The translations under genes and the position numbers were made by a program. From the NCBI RefSeq assembly GCF_001194135.2, contig NC_068981.1, positions 157,341,713-157,379,785 on the forward strand: a stretch of DNA of 38,073 nt. The letters are read 5' to 3'. Of the stretch, positions 21,173 to 33,147 are shown in pieces. The notes below the pieces were generated by a model that saw nothing but the letters and a program-made list of their open reading frames with translations, was not told where the DNA came from and did no database searches. Position 1 is the stretch's first letter. Every line of letters begins with the position of its first letter. The DNA comes from Octopus bimaculoides (Eukaryota).

Positions 21173-22254
21173 ACTTAGATGGTTTGTTTGATTGAGTGTT
21201 GTTGTATAGCCACAGGTAATCTCTGATCGAGCAAATTTATGACGTAAGGCATTCCCGATGCGATCATACTGTGTTTCCATAGTATCCTTACAAGCGTGAT
21301 AAAGTAATGTAATCTGTTTGAAGTATTGCAATATATGTAAATGGGTAAATGTTTCCAAATAATACTTTGAGTTAAGCGGCTGAAGGTTTAAATAAATTAT
21401 GTAGGGTGATGTTAATGAATGAAAACAAAGAGAAAAAGATTGTATTACCTGACATATAATGTTTAATGATCCCATAATATTTCGGGGGGAACTTTTTACT
21501 TTTTCAAACGAAGGAATAAGATAATCAAAGATTTCTGAGAATGTGTTATTATCTTCAGGCCAGTTTAGTGTGATTTAAAGGGTATTTAGCTGCTATTTCT
21601 AGTAAGTCGTGTGATCGTGAAGAAGTCGATGGAATAAGTGTAAGTCAAATACACGGGTAAATTTAATCGATAATGATTTTCTCCTCAATACGTGGCTGTA
21701 TTAGTTGGATTGGTCGAGACGACTTGCATCTAACAGTCTCTATTATGCTCTGACAGAATCCACCTCTGACGATTGCTTTTACTTTACAATTAAAGTAATT
21801 GTAATTAGCAAGACTTCGAAATAATTAACTAAATTCATTTACCAGGTCTGTCTAACACTAGCGAATCCAAAAAGCCCCCTTCGACGAAGCTATAGTGTTG
21901 CCCATAAAAAAATAGCAAATAAAATAGAAAACAGTGTATTCTGCACTCAGAAACTTTTCCACTCATTCCCCATTTTTTTGTGAACCTATTTTGTCCGATG
22001 AAAGTGGTTTGGACGATTCTGGGTTGATGTGGAGAATGGGCTGGGTAAACTAAAGCAATCAAAATATTTCTGTATGGAACGTTTGATGGAATTAATGAAC
22101 CGGCATCTTAGAAAATGATTTGTAATTAAATGAAATGTAAAATTAAATATAGACTGTATCACTAATTCGTTTTATAGTATTTCCAAATGAAACACTGCAT
22201 TATTGCATGACTGGGGAAAATTTCTCAGAGATGGGTTCTGCCTGAAAAACATAT

Positions 22255-22490
22255 AGTTAAGTGCTGTCAGAGCGAATTCACTGTATTGTTCGAATATCCG
22301 ACAAAATACCTTGCTGTATTTGCTCCGGTCAGGACTCCTGCATTCTCAGTTCAGTTCCGCCATGGCCAACACTGCCTTTCATTTTTCCGGGGATGATAAA
22401 GCACCAGTTTAAGGCAGTGGACTGACAGAACTGTTGGATGAGATGCCTTCCGATATTCTGGCTCTTTGCTTTCTGAGTTCAAATGCCATC
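22255..22490 (+). mobile_element. Highly degenerate SINE-B-related heads
   Basis: 'cattctcagttcagttccgccatggccaacactgcctttcat' and 'gctttctgagttcaaatgcc'. Confidence 0.5.
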
Positions 22491-23004
22491 GTGACCTACT
22501 TAGGTGGTGGAATTAATCCGATGCATAATCTAATATCACTACCTTATCCTCGGGTATCTTAAACAGAATTTACTCAGTTACAGGCATTCGGGTTCGGTCT
22601 CTGGTTTGTGGATACGTTCCTCCCTCCTGTCTACAGTCTAGGAGATTCTGAGAATTGGGGCTGCTAACTCCCTTGAGTAACAGATATAAAATGGAGGCTC
22701 ACATATTTAATACTGTGTTCCCGCAAAACAGATTAATTAAAATTACACCTATAAGGAAGAAAAAAAAAAGCTTACTGATCAATTCTTAAGAAGCAAGGGA
22801 CACCACTCAGAAAACCTAACTAATAAAAGACTGCATGGGGTTTGTAATGGAGAAAAGATCTGATCTTTGACCGATACGATGATAACGGCGAGAATGTTTC
22901 GGCCTTGTTAGATCTTATCAGTTACGCATATTTTTACTCGTGCTTAGAAAGTTTGAGATGAGTGTATTCTAGTAGTGGTAGGAGTGGTGTAGATGGTGCC
23001 ATTT

Positions 23005-23085
23005 ATCTTTTAGTCAATGAACTGCGGCTATGCTGGGGCACCGCCTTGAAGAGTTTTGTTGAAAAAATCGACTCCAGTACTTATT
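23005..23085 (-). mobile_element. SINE family A 3' tail fragment
   Basis: 'actgcggctatgctggggcaccgccttgaag...atcgactccagtacttattt' is the reverse of the tail at 36240-36330. Confidence 0.8.
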
Positions 23086-24359
23086 TTGCTGCTATGTTGC
23101 TCTCCGATCACCGGATGTTAGTCAGCCGCTATGTTGCTCTCACCGATCTTAAATTGCTGCTCATATAAAGTCTCTTTAAATTAGTTTTCTTAAGAGAATG
23201 AGAGAAAGCTAAAATGTTGACCAAGAGTTCACACAGCAAGAGATGACAATATATAAATTAGCTGCTCACTCTACACATCGTCTTCCATACCCCTCTACTT
23301 GAGCTAGTTACACAGCAGAAACTAAAACAATGGCAGCAATGAGGCAAATATACGATAACGTCTAAAAAAAGGAAGACAATTCCTCCTCCATTTGTCCGTC
23401 TTAGGCTAAGCAAACAGCCTTCCATTTGTCTGATTCATTTTAACAATAGATGTTGTTCTCTGGTTACTAATTATATATTATATTATCCAGAGCTATGGCA
23501 AATATGCCTTTTGAAATGTTAACGGTAGTTTAATTATGTAGTCGGAATTAGTTGACACTTACAAGAAAAGAAAACAAAAATGTAATACTCTATTATATAT
23601 CTGACATTTTGCGAAAATGTGCACCGACTTGTTGGTTCATTAGATGTTAAGCTATCGGACATTCCATTTCGATCGATGAACGAAGAAATTTTCTTTATAG
23701 ACTGTATGTACATAGTGCATATGTCCTCCACATTTCAGAGGCATATCAAACATTGTACTTTTAAAGATATGCTAAACAGTATACAATTAAGATAGTATTA
23801 CAGTACGGGGCCTCTGATCCGGCTTCCAGAAGTCTCTAAATACTGTGCAATGCTCTGTAATAAACTGTATTGAGTAAACAGACCCTGTTTTTGAAGTTAG
23901 TTGATTTGCATACGGTGTGTTAAAAATAGTTCTTTACTATTTTCAAGTGGATTGATTGAAATTAAACACACACTGCTTCGAATTGTATTAATTTATACTA
24001 GTATTTGTTAAATCATGTTCTTTACTTGTCTTCCTTTAATTTTCATCCTATATACATTATGCTGTATACATGGTATAGCATAATATATTTTAAGAATTTT
24101 AAGTGGATTAATAAATCTCGAACGGACCCTGCTTTTCAGATGTATTAATTTTGAATCTGTTAAATACAATTTAATTCTTTACTTTTCATAGCTTATCCTA
24201 TATTTTAGATGTGTATCTTTGACTGTCTCTAGAAAACTGGAAAATCCAAAAATCCTAGACACTTTCTGTCCCTGCTTGTCGGATAACTAGCCCAGCACTG
24301 TAATATTTTTTATTGAAGGGAGCATTTAGTAAAGCTAACCAGAAGTAAGTAATAGCGAC

Positions 24360-24966
24360 GGATCTTTTTTAAAACGGGGGCCACATTTTCCATTAACGAA
24401 ACACTTTGAAACTTGGAACACTAGTAGAATGTGTCATATAAAACATCTTTTTCTCTTAGTCTTCTTAAAAAAAAAAAGAATTCCATAAGTTATTCCATGT
24501 NNNNNNNNNNNNNNNNNNNNNNNNNNNNNNNNNNNNNNNNNNNNNNNNNNNNNNNNNNNNNNNNNNNNNNNNNNNNNNNNNNNNNNNNNNNNNNNNNNNN
24601 NNNNNNNNNNNNNNNNNNNNNNNNNNNNNNNNNNNNNNNNNNNNNNNNNNNNNNNNNNNNNNNNNNNNNNNNNNNNNNNNNNNTTAAAATGAAAAAAGCA
24701 AATAAAACGAAGGTATGGAGATTAAATACGCTTTACATCGCTTAATCAGCCAAAGGAGTAAATATAAACAACTGAATACTTGTCAGTGATTGGTTGAAAT
24801 TATCGAAATAAGACAATTTTTTACATGAAATAAATTCGAATACAAAAATATTTTTCTGCTCTATAACACAAAATAGATAAGTATACGAAGTTTGAAAGTC
24901 TTTCCGTACCAAAAACACTACGTAAAACATTAATGAAAAATGTGGCCCCCGTTTTAAAATAGATCC
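24360..24966. mobile_element. MITE with 37-bp TIRs and 8-bp TSD (Merlin-like), spanning a gap
   Basis: TIRs 24360-24396 and 24930-24966 match at 35/37 positions and start GGATCT. Identical TSD ATAGCGAC at 24352-24359 and 24967-24974. The superfamily call is inferred from the GG termini and 8-bp TSD. Confidence 0.9.
24501..24683. other. Assembly gap (Ns)
   Basis: Run of N. Confidence 1.
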
Positions 24967-25280
24967 ATAGCGACTAATAAATATTTCAATAATTTTGGGA
25001 AATACGAGAGATAGCATCGGGTATGTTTCGATGATATGCTAACCACATCAGCGGAATAGATATATCACTTTACTTACCGAGTGATTAGAAAATAGCTAAA
25101 TAAATGTACAAGATTGAAGACTAATTAACGTTGAAAGTCAGAAATGACTATAGAATAAATAACTTAAAAATCTTATCATCGTCATCGTCATCATCTTTAT
25201 TTCTAAACACATCACGTTTTGTAAAGTGGGTAACAACTACATTAAATTATTTTGGACTCAACCCATTACTGGTACTTATA

Positions 25281-25490
25281 GTGGTTTCAAATTTTGGCCC
25301 AAGGCTAGCAATTTCGGGCGAGCGGGTAAGTCGATTACATCCAGTGCTCAACTGGTACTTATTTTATCGACCCTGAGAGGATGGAAGGCAAAGTCGACCA
25401 TGGCAGTATTTGAACTCAGAAAGTAAAGACGGACGAAATGCAGCTAAGCATTTCGCCCGGTGCAGTAACGATTCTGCCAGCTCGTCGCCT
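25281..25490 (-). mobile_element. SINE family B full-length copy 1
   Basis: Tail 'ggtttcaaattttggccc' to head 'ctgccagctcgtcgcct', flanked by 15-bp direct repeats. Confidence 0.95.
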
Positions 25491-25505
25491 TTACTGGTAC
25501 TTATA

Positions 25506-25733
25506 TTGGTTTTAAATTTTTGGTACGCAAAGCCAGTAATTATGGGGAAGGGTGCAAGACGATTACATCGACCCCCTCCCCCCAGTGCTCAACTGGTACT
25601 TATTTTATCTACCCTGAAAGGAAGAAAAGCAAAGTCGACCCCAGCGGGATTTGAACTCTGAACGTAAAGACGGACGAAATGCCGCTAAGCATTTCGAACA
25701 GCGTGCTAACGATTTTGTCTGCTCGCCGCCTTT
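25506..25733 (-). mobile_element. SINE family B full-length copy 2
   Basis: Same architecture with a clearly different sequence, flanked by the same 15-bp repeat. Confidence 0.95.
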
Positions 25734-28149
25734 TTACTGGTACTTATATTAAGCCATCTTTGACGGCTGATATTGCAGGCTTTTTATTTGCGATTCCGAA
25801 GTGGCAGACTAAGTCTCTTTACACGATACTATATTTTGAAACCAGCACACACATATTACATACAATATTACAATCCGATAATTATTCTCTGTCATTATAC
25901 AATACATTAACCATTCTGCATAACCACTCATATATTACTAATTCATTAAATCCTTCTAATCTTAGAAAGATTCATCAAGCTATGAGTAATTACACCTTTA
26001 TTCAGACAAAAACTATTCTGGAAGCCAATCCAGCCCTAATATATTATCACAGGTTATTTAGCTTAAATTCAATTACTGAAGTTTGAAAAAGCTAACTTGA
26101 CTCATTTGGGTGGGTTATCTGCATAACACAAGAGGTCGTAGGTTTCTTTCAAAAATCAGGCAATCCTCCATAGTTTAGCTACATGTCAATCAAACTTCTT
26201 GTGTAAAACTTGGAAAATGATATGGTTTGTAAATGATTCATTTAAAATAAGCCCATACGCTCACTCATGAGTCAGCTGTAAGGCTGTCGGTTCTAAGATT
26301 GCATTCATCATGAAGGCCAATGTTTTAATGTCGATGATGGACTAACAAAAATGTTGTAAGTGGGAGTCGTGGCGTTGGCTTAACAACATCAATAAATAAG
26401 ATACATTCGTTAAAAATATTTCATATAACTTCATCCTTAAACGATATCATGCAAGAAGCTGAATCAGTCAAATAACACACCTAACTGAATCAAGGTATTT
26501 CTTAAAAGGAGTTGTAATGAGAGCCTTTAAGGTGTTGCATTAGTGTGGGAGGACTGACTCTTCATATCCTGCCACTCATCTTACACCGTATTTGCGGCAA
26601 ACAAGTCTTTCGAATCAATCTGCGTAGATTAATTTCTACACGCCTATTCGTGTGCAATATTGCTTTTCCCTTCAGTAGTTCGGTAAACCCAGTGAAATCT
26701 ATGTTCCACAGATAAGACCAGAATAATACCGAAGCATATCTGTAGTTGTCTCACGTACTTGCCGAAATGATTAAAATTATATTAGTAATTGTGCTAGTAT
26801 CGTGTTTTTTTTCTTTACTGTATATGTATATCTAATTCGATTTTTGATGCAGCATTAAATATGTTAAAACTAATATACTGTACCTGTTAAAAATAGACAA
26901 TCTTAGATGTAGAGCCGACAGTATAAGGAATGATTGCTAATAAAATGTTCGACTAATACCTAAAAAGGATGTGGAGTGGCACTACTTTTCAGTATACGAT
27001 GCGGCATATGATATCCTCGCTCTGTTCACTGGTCCTCCCGTCCCAGGGAAAAAATTAAGTCATGTTTTGATTAAGCAACACCAAGATCGACCCAGGTTAA
27101 AACCTGCGCGAGGAGGGCCTGTTAAACAAACTTAGGCGGATCTAGAAGGAAAATCCTCGATAAAATTGTATCTGATGTCAATCAACGGACGATAACAGCG
27201 CCTAATACACGTGAACTTTGTCAGACTGATCCCAACAGACTGAGTAGTCGGCATCCTCTACAGCAGGACACATCTCTCACTGTCACAATAACTTTGTTCT
27301 GTTAGTCCGAAATGCTGAAAGCGAAGATGATATAGATCTGATCATTGCAATCGATCCCCACTCAAGACATTTCACACGGTGGCTTTTAACTAAAAACATT
27401 TTTCATAAATACATACGTCTCCAGTCTTAGTCGGGAAGGCAGCATCCATAAAACCGAAGGTACTTCTTGAACTCGAAATTGAATGTTAGGTAGACATTAG
27501 AATACTAAATGCCTCTATATTTTATTCCAAGAAATATATAATTGTTAGAGAGATCGGTATTTGATCTTAAGCGTACATTTAAGGACATGGACATATTTTT
27601 GTTTGATGGAGTCACATATTTAGAGATGGAGAATTCAATCTCGGTTCAGTGTTACGAGTGAAATATTCTAATGAAATTGTTCTCATGCTCTATGAAAGAT
27701 ATCTGAATTTAGACCGGAAAATTTAAATGTAAGCTTGACTTTTGAGTTGCATTTTAGCTCCCAAAACAGACAAACCTTAATTCAAGCGTGTACAAACTTT
27801 CCACGAGCTATTGTTCGATATAAACCTGATCATGCCCATACGAGTAATTTAACATTGTATATAGGACACCGTATGTTACCCTATGAAAATCATAAGAATT
27901 TCCTTGAGAGGAAGTGTAAATGAATGAGAGTTCAGATTAATAGTCAAACCTAATGATTCTTATAATGATTTTAGCAAAATGTTATATTTATATAATCATA
28001 ACATCAGGCGTTAAGTTAGAAAAGGATTGTATGTGACCCGAGTACCATAGGGTGGCATTATCTGCTTTAACACCAACTTTAAACACTTACTAACAGTTAC
28101 TGTAAAGTAAAGCTGTAATTTTTTACGTAATTTTTTTTGGGTGGAGTTT

Positions 28150-28330
28150 AACCTTGGAAGGAGGAATTGTTGCTGTCATTTCCATGGCAGACAAAAATGT
28201 CATTGTGAACTGGTTATACTTTTTAGATCTAGGGTCTTGATTACATAGTACACATAAAATAGCAGTCGAATCCAGTTTTCACTACAACTGGTTTTAAGAA
28301 AGTTTTGAAGGAAAACCATTCGACAATCAT
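28150..28330. repeat. Dispersed repeat with a second copy at ~34690-34890
   Basis: Both share 'ggaaggaggaa...ctgtcatt', 'cattgtNaactggttatactttttagatctag' and 'gtcgaatccagttttcactaca'. Confidence 0.85.
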
Positions 28331-28698
28331 CCACTGAAGGCTATAATTAGCTGCAGGAGGGGAATTAAGTAAACCAATTAACAAAGCTTATTAGACTGAG
28401 AACTATAAATTAGTTGCTAGTGACGTGATAACAGTGGCTCCAAACGGTTGATTGGAATATATTTTTAGTTAGCGGCTACAGAGCAAGAATTACTTCCTTC
28501 CTATAAGATTTCTTGTACACTGACTGCGAAAATTCTACTTATTTATTTTTCCTTTGGTATATTTGGTTCATAACTCAGTGGCCTATATATTAACCCCTTA
28601 GATTGCTGGTAAACATTTTGTGAAAACGATTTATTTTGTACTTTTCCAAAGACAAATACATCGTAATAATATTTTTATTGCCAATCTTTAGTTACTAT

Positions 28699-28910
28699 AA
28701 GGCGACGAGTTGACAGGATCGTTACTGCGCCGAAAAAAAGAAAAAAGTGCTAGCTGCATTTCTTCCGACCGTTCAAAGGCCGACCGGGTTGACATTGCCT
28801 TTCATCCTTTCGGTATCGTTAAAACAAGTACCAGTTGAGCACTGGTGTCGATGAAATCGATTTGCACCTTCCTCCCAATTGCTGGCCTTGTGCCAAAATT
28901 TGAGACCAAT
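28699..28910 (+). mobile_element. SINE family B full-length copy with ~18-bp TSD
   Basis: Head 'aaggcgacgagttgacaggatcgtta' to tail 'gccttgtgccaaaatttgagacc'. Flanks ccaatctttagttactat (28681-28698) and ccaatctttaattgctat (28906-28923). Confidence 0.9.
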
Positions 28911-29173
28911 CTTTAATTGCTATTATTCTATTACCTTGTCTTGGTGTCTGTGCGGGTTAACTTGACCTCTCTTATCACTGTCCTCGCTTGCCAGGCATGA
29001 AAATGATAATAGCTACAACTATTAAGAATTGAAACAGAGCCAAACGACCGCCTCTTTGACAACTTACATGAGTAGCTAAAACGACCTTTTCTAAACTTTT
29101 AAATTGTAGGTGAGTTCCTTGGAAACTGAACTTGAGAAGCTGGTTCAATTCTCGGTTGAGTCATTTCATTTAA

Positions 29174-30094
29174 TCCCTTCGCTCCTAATGGGACAGATGT
29201 AACCCAAGAAAAGTTTTTAATATTAAAGTGAATTTTCTTCATTTAAAATGGCTTGGGATGGGACAAATCAGGGTCACAGCGTAAGGAGTAGGAGGGAAAA
29301 AAGAAAAAGTTCACTTGTCCAGAAGCGATTATCTTTTATAACAAATATATGGCTGGAGAAGATCGCTCTGATCAAATGGTAACACTATGAACCGGATCGA
29401 AAAAGTAGAAAATGGTGGATTAAAGTGTTCTTCAGGCTTCTGATGACAGCTGTTTATAACAGCTATGTTATTCACTCTAAAGTTCACCATACGAAACAAC
29501 CATTTATAAATTTCTTAGTAAATGTAGCTGAACGTTTGATCGCGGCAGGAAGGTCGATTTTTCCTTAAAAGAGAATGAGATCTTTCGGACGGCCTTCTAA
29601 GACTTCAAAGTTGATTTGTAGTGTAGGTGGTTCATATGCCAGTAAAACAAAAGAGTCGCAGATGTACTAGATGTACTTAAGGAACAAAGAATGGAGAACC
29701 CAATACATTTGCCAGAAATTCAACATTCCGTTATGCATTGATGAATGTTTTACAATATAACATACATAGCACGTATTTATAAATCATGGTTGTTCTCGTA
29801 AATATTACGAGAAAGCAATTATAGCTTGAAATAAACTGTAAAATTTATTTCATTTTTATTTCCGTAATTTTCCGAACTTGCTCAACGTGCATGTGAAATA
29901 CTGTTGTGATAGGACGGTCCCAAGTATTTGTTCATTAGATTACTATTAGGACATTTTTGTCCCACGTTCAAAAATCATATGTAGCGATAAAAAAAAGTTT
30001 AGATTTTAATTATGGTAGAGAATGAAGGTCTAAAGAAGTGGAAAGTATGACAAATAAAATAAAAACAGATTGTACAAAAGTCGGAGCGAAAGGG
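29174..30094 (+). mobile_element. piggyBac deletion derivative (~920 bp) with transposase C-terminal remnant
   Basis: TTAA at 29170-29173 and 30095-30098, with TIR-like ends tcccttcgctcc and ggagcgaaaggg. Remnant ~29310-29769: CPEAIIFYNKYMAGEDRSDQM / DRKSRKWWIKVFFRLLMTAVYNSYVI / SRRCTRC..EWRTQYICQKFNIPLCIDECFTI*HT*, covering the last catalytic-domain region and the cysteine-rich domain. Confidence 0.92.
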
Positions 30095-30242
30095 TTAAAT
30101 CCTTTTCTAAGTGTGCCTTCGATTTGCAACCGTATTCAAAAGACTGGGTTTCTGAAAGTTTAGACGTTTATTCTTAATTTATTAATGTTCGAAGCTTGTA
30201 ACTTTGTGATGGGAATCAGTTAATACAGTATTACCACGAGAT

Positions 30243-30260
30243 CAGTGGTTCCTAAACTTT
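30243..30260. mobile_element. Solo hAT terminal remnant
   Basis: CAGTGGTTCCTAAACT differs by one base from the 20449 TIR. Another solo end lies at 36582-36597. Confidence 0.5.
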
Positions 30261-30419
30261 TTGAATCCGTGATGTAGTGGAGAGAAAATAAAATTACTTG
30301 CACATTCCACATGGAAATTAAAAAAAAGTCATATATTAAAATTTAAAATTTAGAAAAAATTATAGAAGACTATTGTTTACCTTGTATTATTGAAAGGGAT
30401 TAAGGTAGTTGGCGAGTTA

Positions 30420-30625
30420 TAGGTTAATAAGGCCGGTTTTCCGGATTCTGTGACGTATATATTCCTCACCTGAACAGGACGCCAGGCTGTCACAGGATGA
30501 CTCATTTTTGTCAGCTGAGTGGACTGGAACACTATGAAATGAAGTGTTTTGCTGAAGAACCCAATGCATCACTCGTTTCAGGAATCGAAACTGCAATCTT
30601 ATGATCATGAGTGCAATACACTAAG
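30420..30625 (-). mobile_element. tRNA-derived SINE with a CORE/V-like central domain
   Basis: The minus strand reads 'cagtttcgattcctg (B-box)...ttcagcaaaacacttcatttc...tccagtccactcagctg..aaaatgagt...gcctggcgtcctgttcagg'. Confidence 0.7.
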
Positions 30626-32789
30626 TTACACGCCTCCACCTTTATATTACTAATCATACTTATGTATAACAAAATTACGAAAACAACATTCAATAAAACG
30701 GTGAAGCATTAATATGGATTTTCTAAAAGAATTCATTTATATACATATTTTTTTTTCTATCTTTAGCATATCGCTTTGAAACCGCTATTCTAGACATTCT
30801 CAACAATAAAGTTTGGTGAGATATTTAGGCCTCTTCTACTAAAGGAACGATGTAGTTCTCTGAAAGTAATTTAAAAATGAAACTACTTGTCAACTCTTGT
30901 AACGACATTAACGTTTCTCTTTCACCCACTGTTTGATGAAGGGCAGGAATCCGAAATGTTAAATGCTTCACTCGTGGTTTTATTGAATGCACTTAATCTT
31001 ACATTTACCGTAAATCTACTTTTTAGAATCTGTAATCTACATTACTCCAACTTAGCCTCAGCTTCAGTTCTCCCATAAAATCCTCATCACATTAAAGTAA
31101 AATTAAAACAGATGCTATGTTGTTGTTTATTAACTTTTACTTTTGATTGGACAACCACTGGAAGTGGTGCCATGGTAGAAGTGTATTTTTTTTGTCTGGT
31201 ATCTAGGTAGAGGTGTCAGGACTCAATGACATAGATGAAGCACTTTGTCATAGATGATACACTAGTATTGTTAATCTATATTCAACTACATACTTGAGTG
31301 TCGGTGTTTGTATATGTATATCTGTCTGATGGCATGTGTGTTTGCACTTGCTTGCTTACTTGTATTTGTGTATGTTTGTATTTAGGCATGAGTTTTGTAT
31401 GTTATGTGTGAGTGTGTCTGGTCGATGTTGTATGCCTGTATGTTGTTTCTAGGCTCAGGTCAGTTTTGATTGAGCAGGCTAGTGATCAAATTCGTTCCAT
31501 TCGCGACAGTCACATCTTTTAATCACAGTATATCTATGTCACATCATCCAACATATTCTTTCACTTTTAAGACGACAGAGTATGCTTCGAAATAGATTCG
31601 CTACTATTTCTGTGTATATGAGTAATCGTTAATAACTAAAGAAAACATTTGGCGCCATAACTCACAGCTATTTATAATGTGCCAAAATATTATAATGGTA
31701 TAAACATGAGAAGATTCAATGCCATATGTTGGTATGATAGATTGTTATGTTTGTATTTAAGTGTGGAAAATATGAAAAGGGAAAATAATAAGAAAACTTG
31801 TTTGACAGAAACAGAAAGGGGGTCAGAGGGCTGTTTAGGTTTAAATACATCTCGTTAAGAATAAATATACTAAAGCCAATATTAAACTGTGTTCACCAAA
31901 AAGATCATTAAGCATAATTATCATAGATGCATTTAAATAACCAACATGCAACCTATCGCATTTATTTGTGCTACAGTGATATTTTATTTTCAAAATATTG
32001 AATGGGAAACTAAAAGAACAGAGCTATCTAATTAGTATTGGTTTGATCGGAATGCAGGGACAGTGTTCACGGTCCTCGCAGAGGGACGCGGTTAATGCTT
32101 ATCTTAAATAATTATATTTCTTCACTATCAGGACCAAATTTTATGAATAAACTAAACAAGCTACAGAAAAAAATTGTCTCAAACGGGCTTTCAGATTCTC
32201 AATACGTTAGTTTATTCTATTAATTTTGTAAGAAATCAATACAATTTATATGCTCATTTTTCTTGCAATTAAAAGTTTACGAGATCTTACTAAAGAATTA
32301 AATTACATTGAGTCAGGAAGTTCGCTGGGAAGGAATTTCAAGTATCTATTTTCTTATTGAAAAATTTCTTGTAACTGAGTAATTAAAGATGTATTTCCCC
32401 AACCTCATTCACACGAAATTGTTTATATATGTTAATGGCCCTTTTGTCAAGTTTAGTTATTGTACAACCATATTCTGTATCAACAACTAAAAGGCCTCTA
32501 GAGGACCCCAAAACTTATAGGCTCCTCTTGTCTACATTCAACAATGGTGTTGATCATAAGCGCTGATTTAAACTTAAGTGCATATATTTTAGATAAAATT
32601 CTTGGTGTGTAATAATTAAGATTGGTTTTAGAATGTATATAAGACACATGCGATTGTATCACTCAGAGAAATCGTATCCAGTATCTCATGATTGCGAAGC
32701 CCATATACAAAATTACAACAACAGCAGCAACCGTAACAGTAATGTTGTCCATCACGAAAGCAATTACACCGCTAACATTAATTATAATA

Positions 32790-33147
32790 ATGTTGGTTTC
32801 AAATTTTGGCATGAGGCCAGCTATTTCGTGGGGGGGGGGCTAAGGAGATTACATCGACCCCAGTGCTCAACTGGTACTTGTTTTATCCTTTTCTACTCTA
32901 TGCACACAGCCTGATATTTTTGGGGAGGGGGGGGGCAGTCGATTAGAACCACCTCACTACGCAACTGGTACTTAATTTATCGACCCCAAAAGGATGAAAG
33001 GCAAAGTCGACTTCCGCGGAATTTGAACTCAGAACGTAAAGACGGACGAAATGCCGCCTTGCATTTTTTCCAGGAAGGATGAAAGACCTAAAAACTATAA
33101 GTTATTTTAATCTGACGTACTAACGACTCTGCTAAGTCACCGCTCAA
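32790..33147 (-). mobile_element. Two nested or fused SINE family B copies
   Basis: The first tail runs to 'actggtacttgttttatcc'. A second tail variant ('ctactctatgcacacagcc') then runs through 'gaactcagaacg...gaaatgccg' to a head remnant 'taacgactctgctaagtcaccgct'. Confidence 0.8.

Noticed and set aside
23250-23365. TATA-like box plus good-context ATG (MAAMRQIYDNV*)
   Set aside because: An 11-codon ORF with no splice donor, expected by chance in AT-rich DNA.
25266-25748. CRISPR array
   Set aside because: Eukaryotic context, 15-bp repeats, >200-bp homologous 'spacers' that are SINEs, and no cas genes. Reported instead as repeated TSDs.
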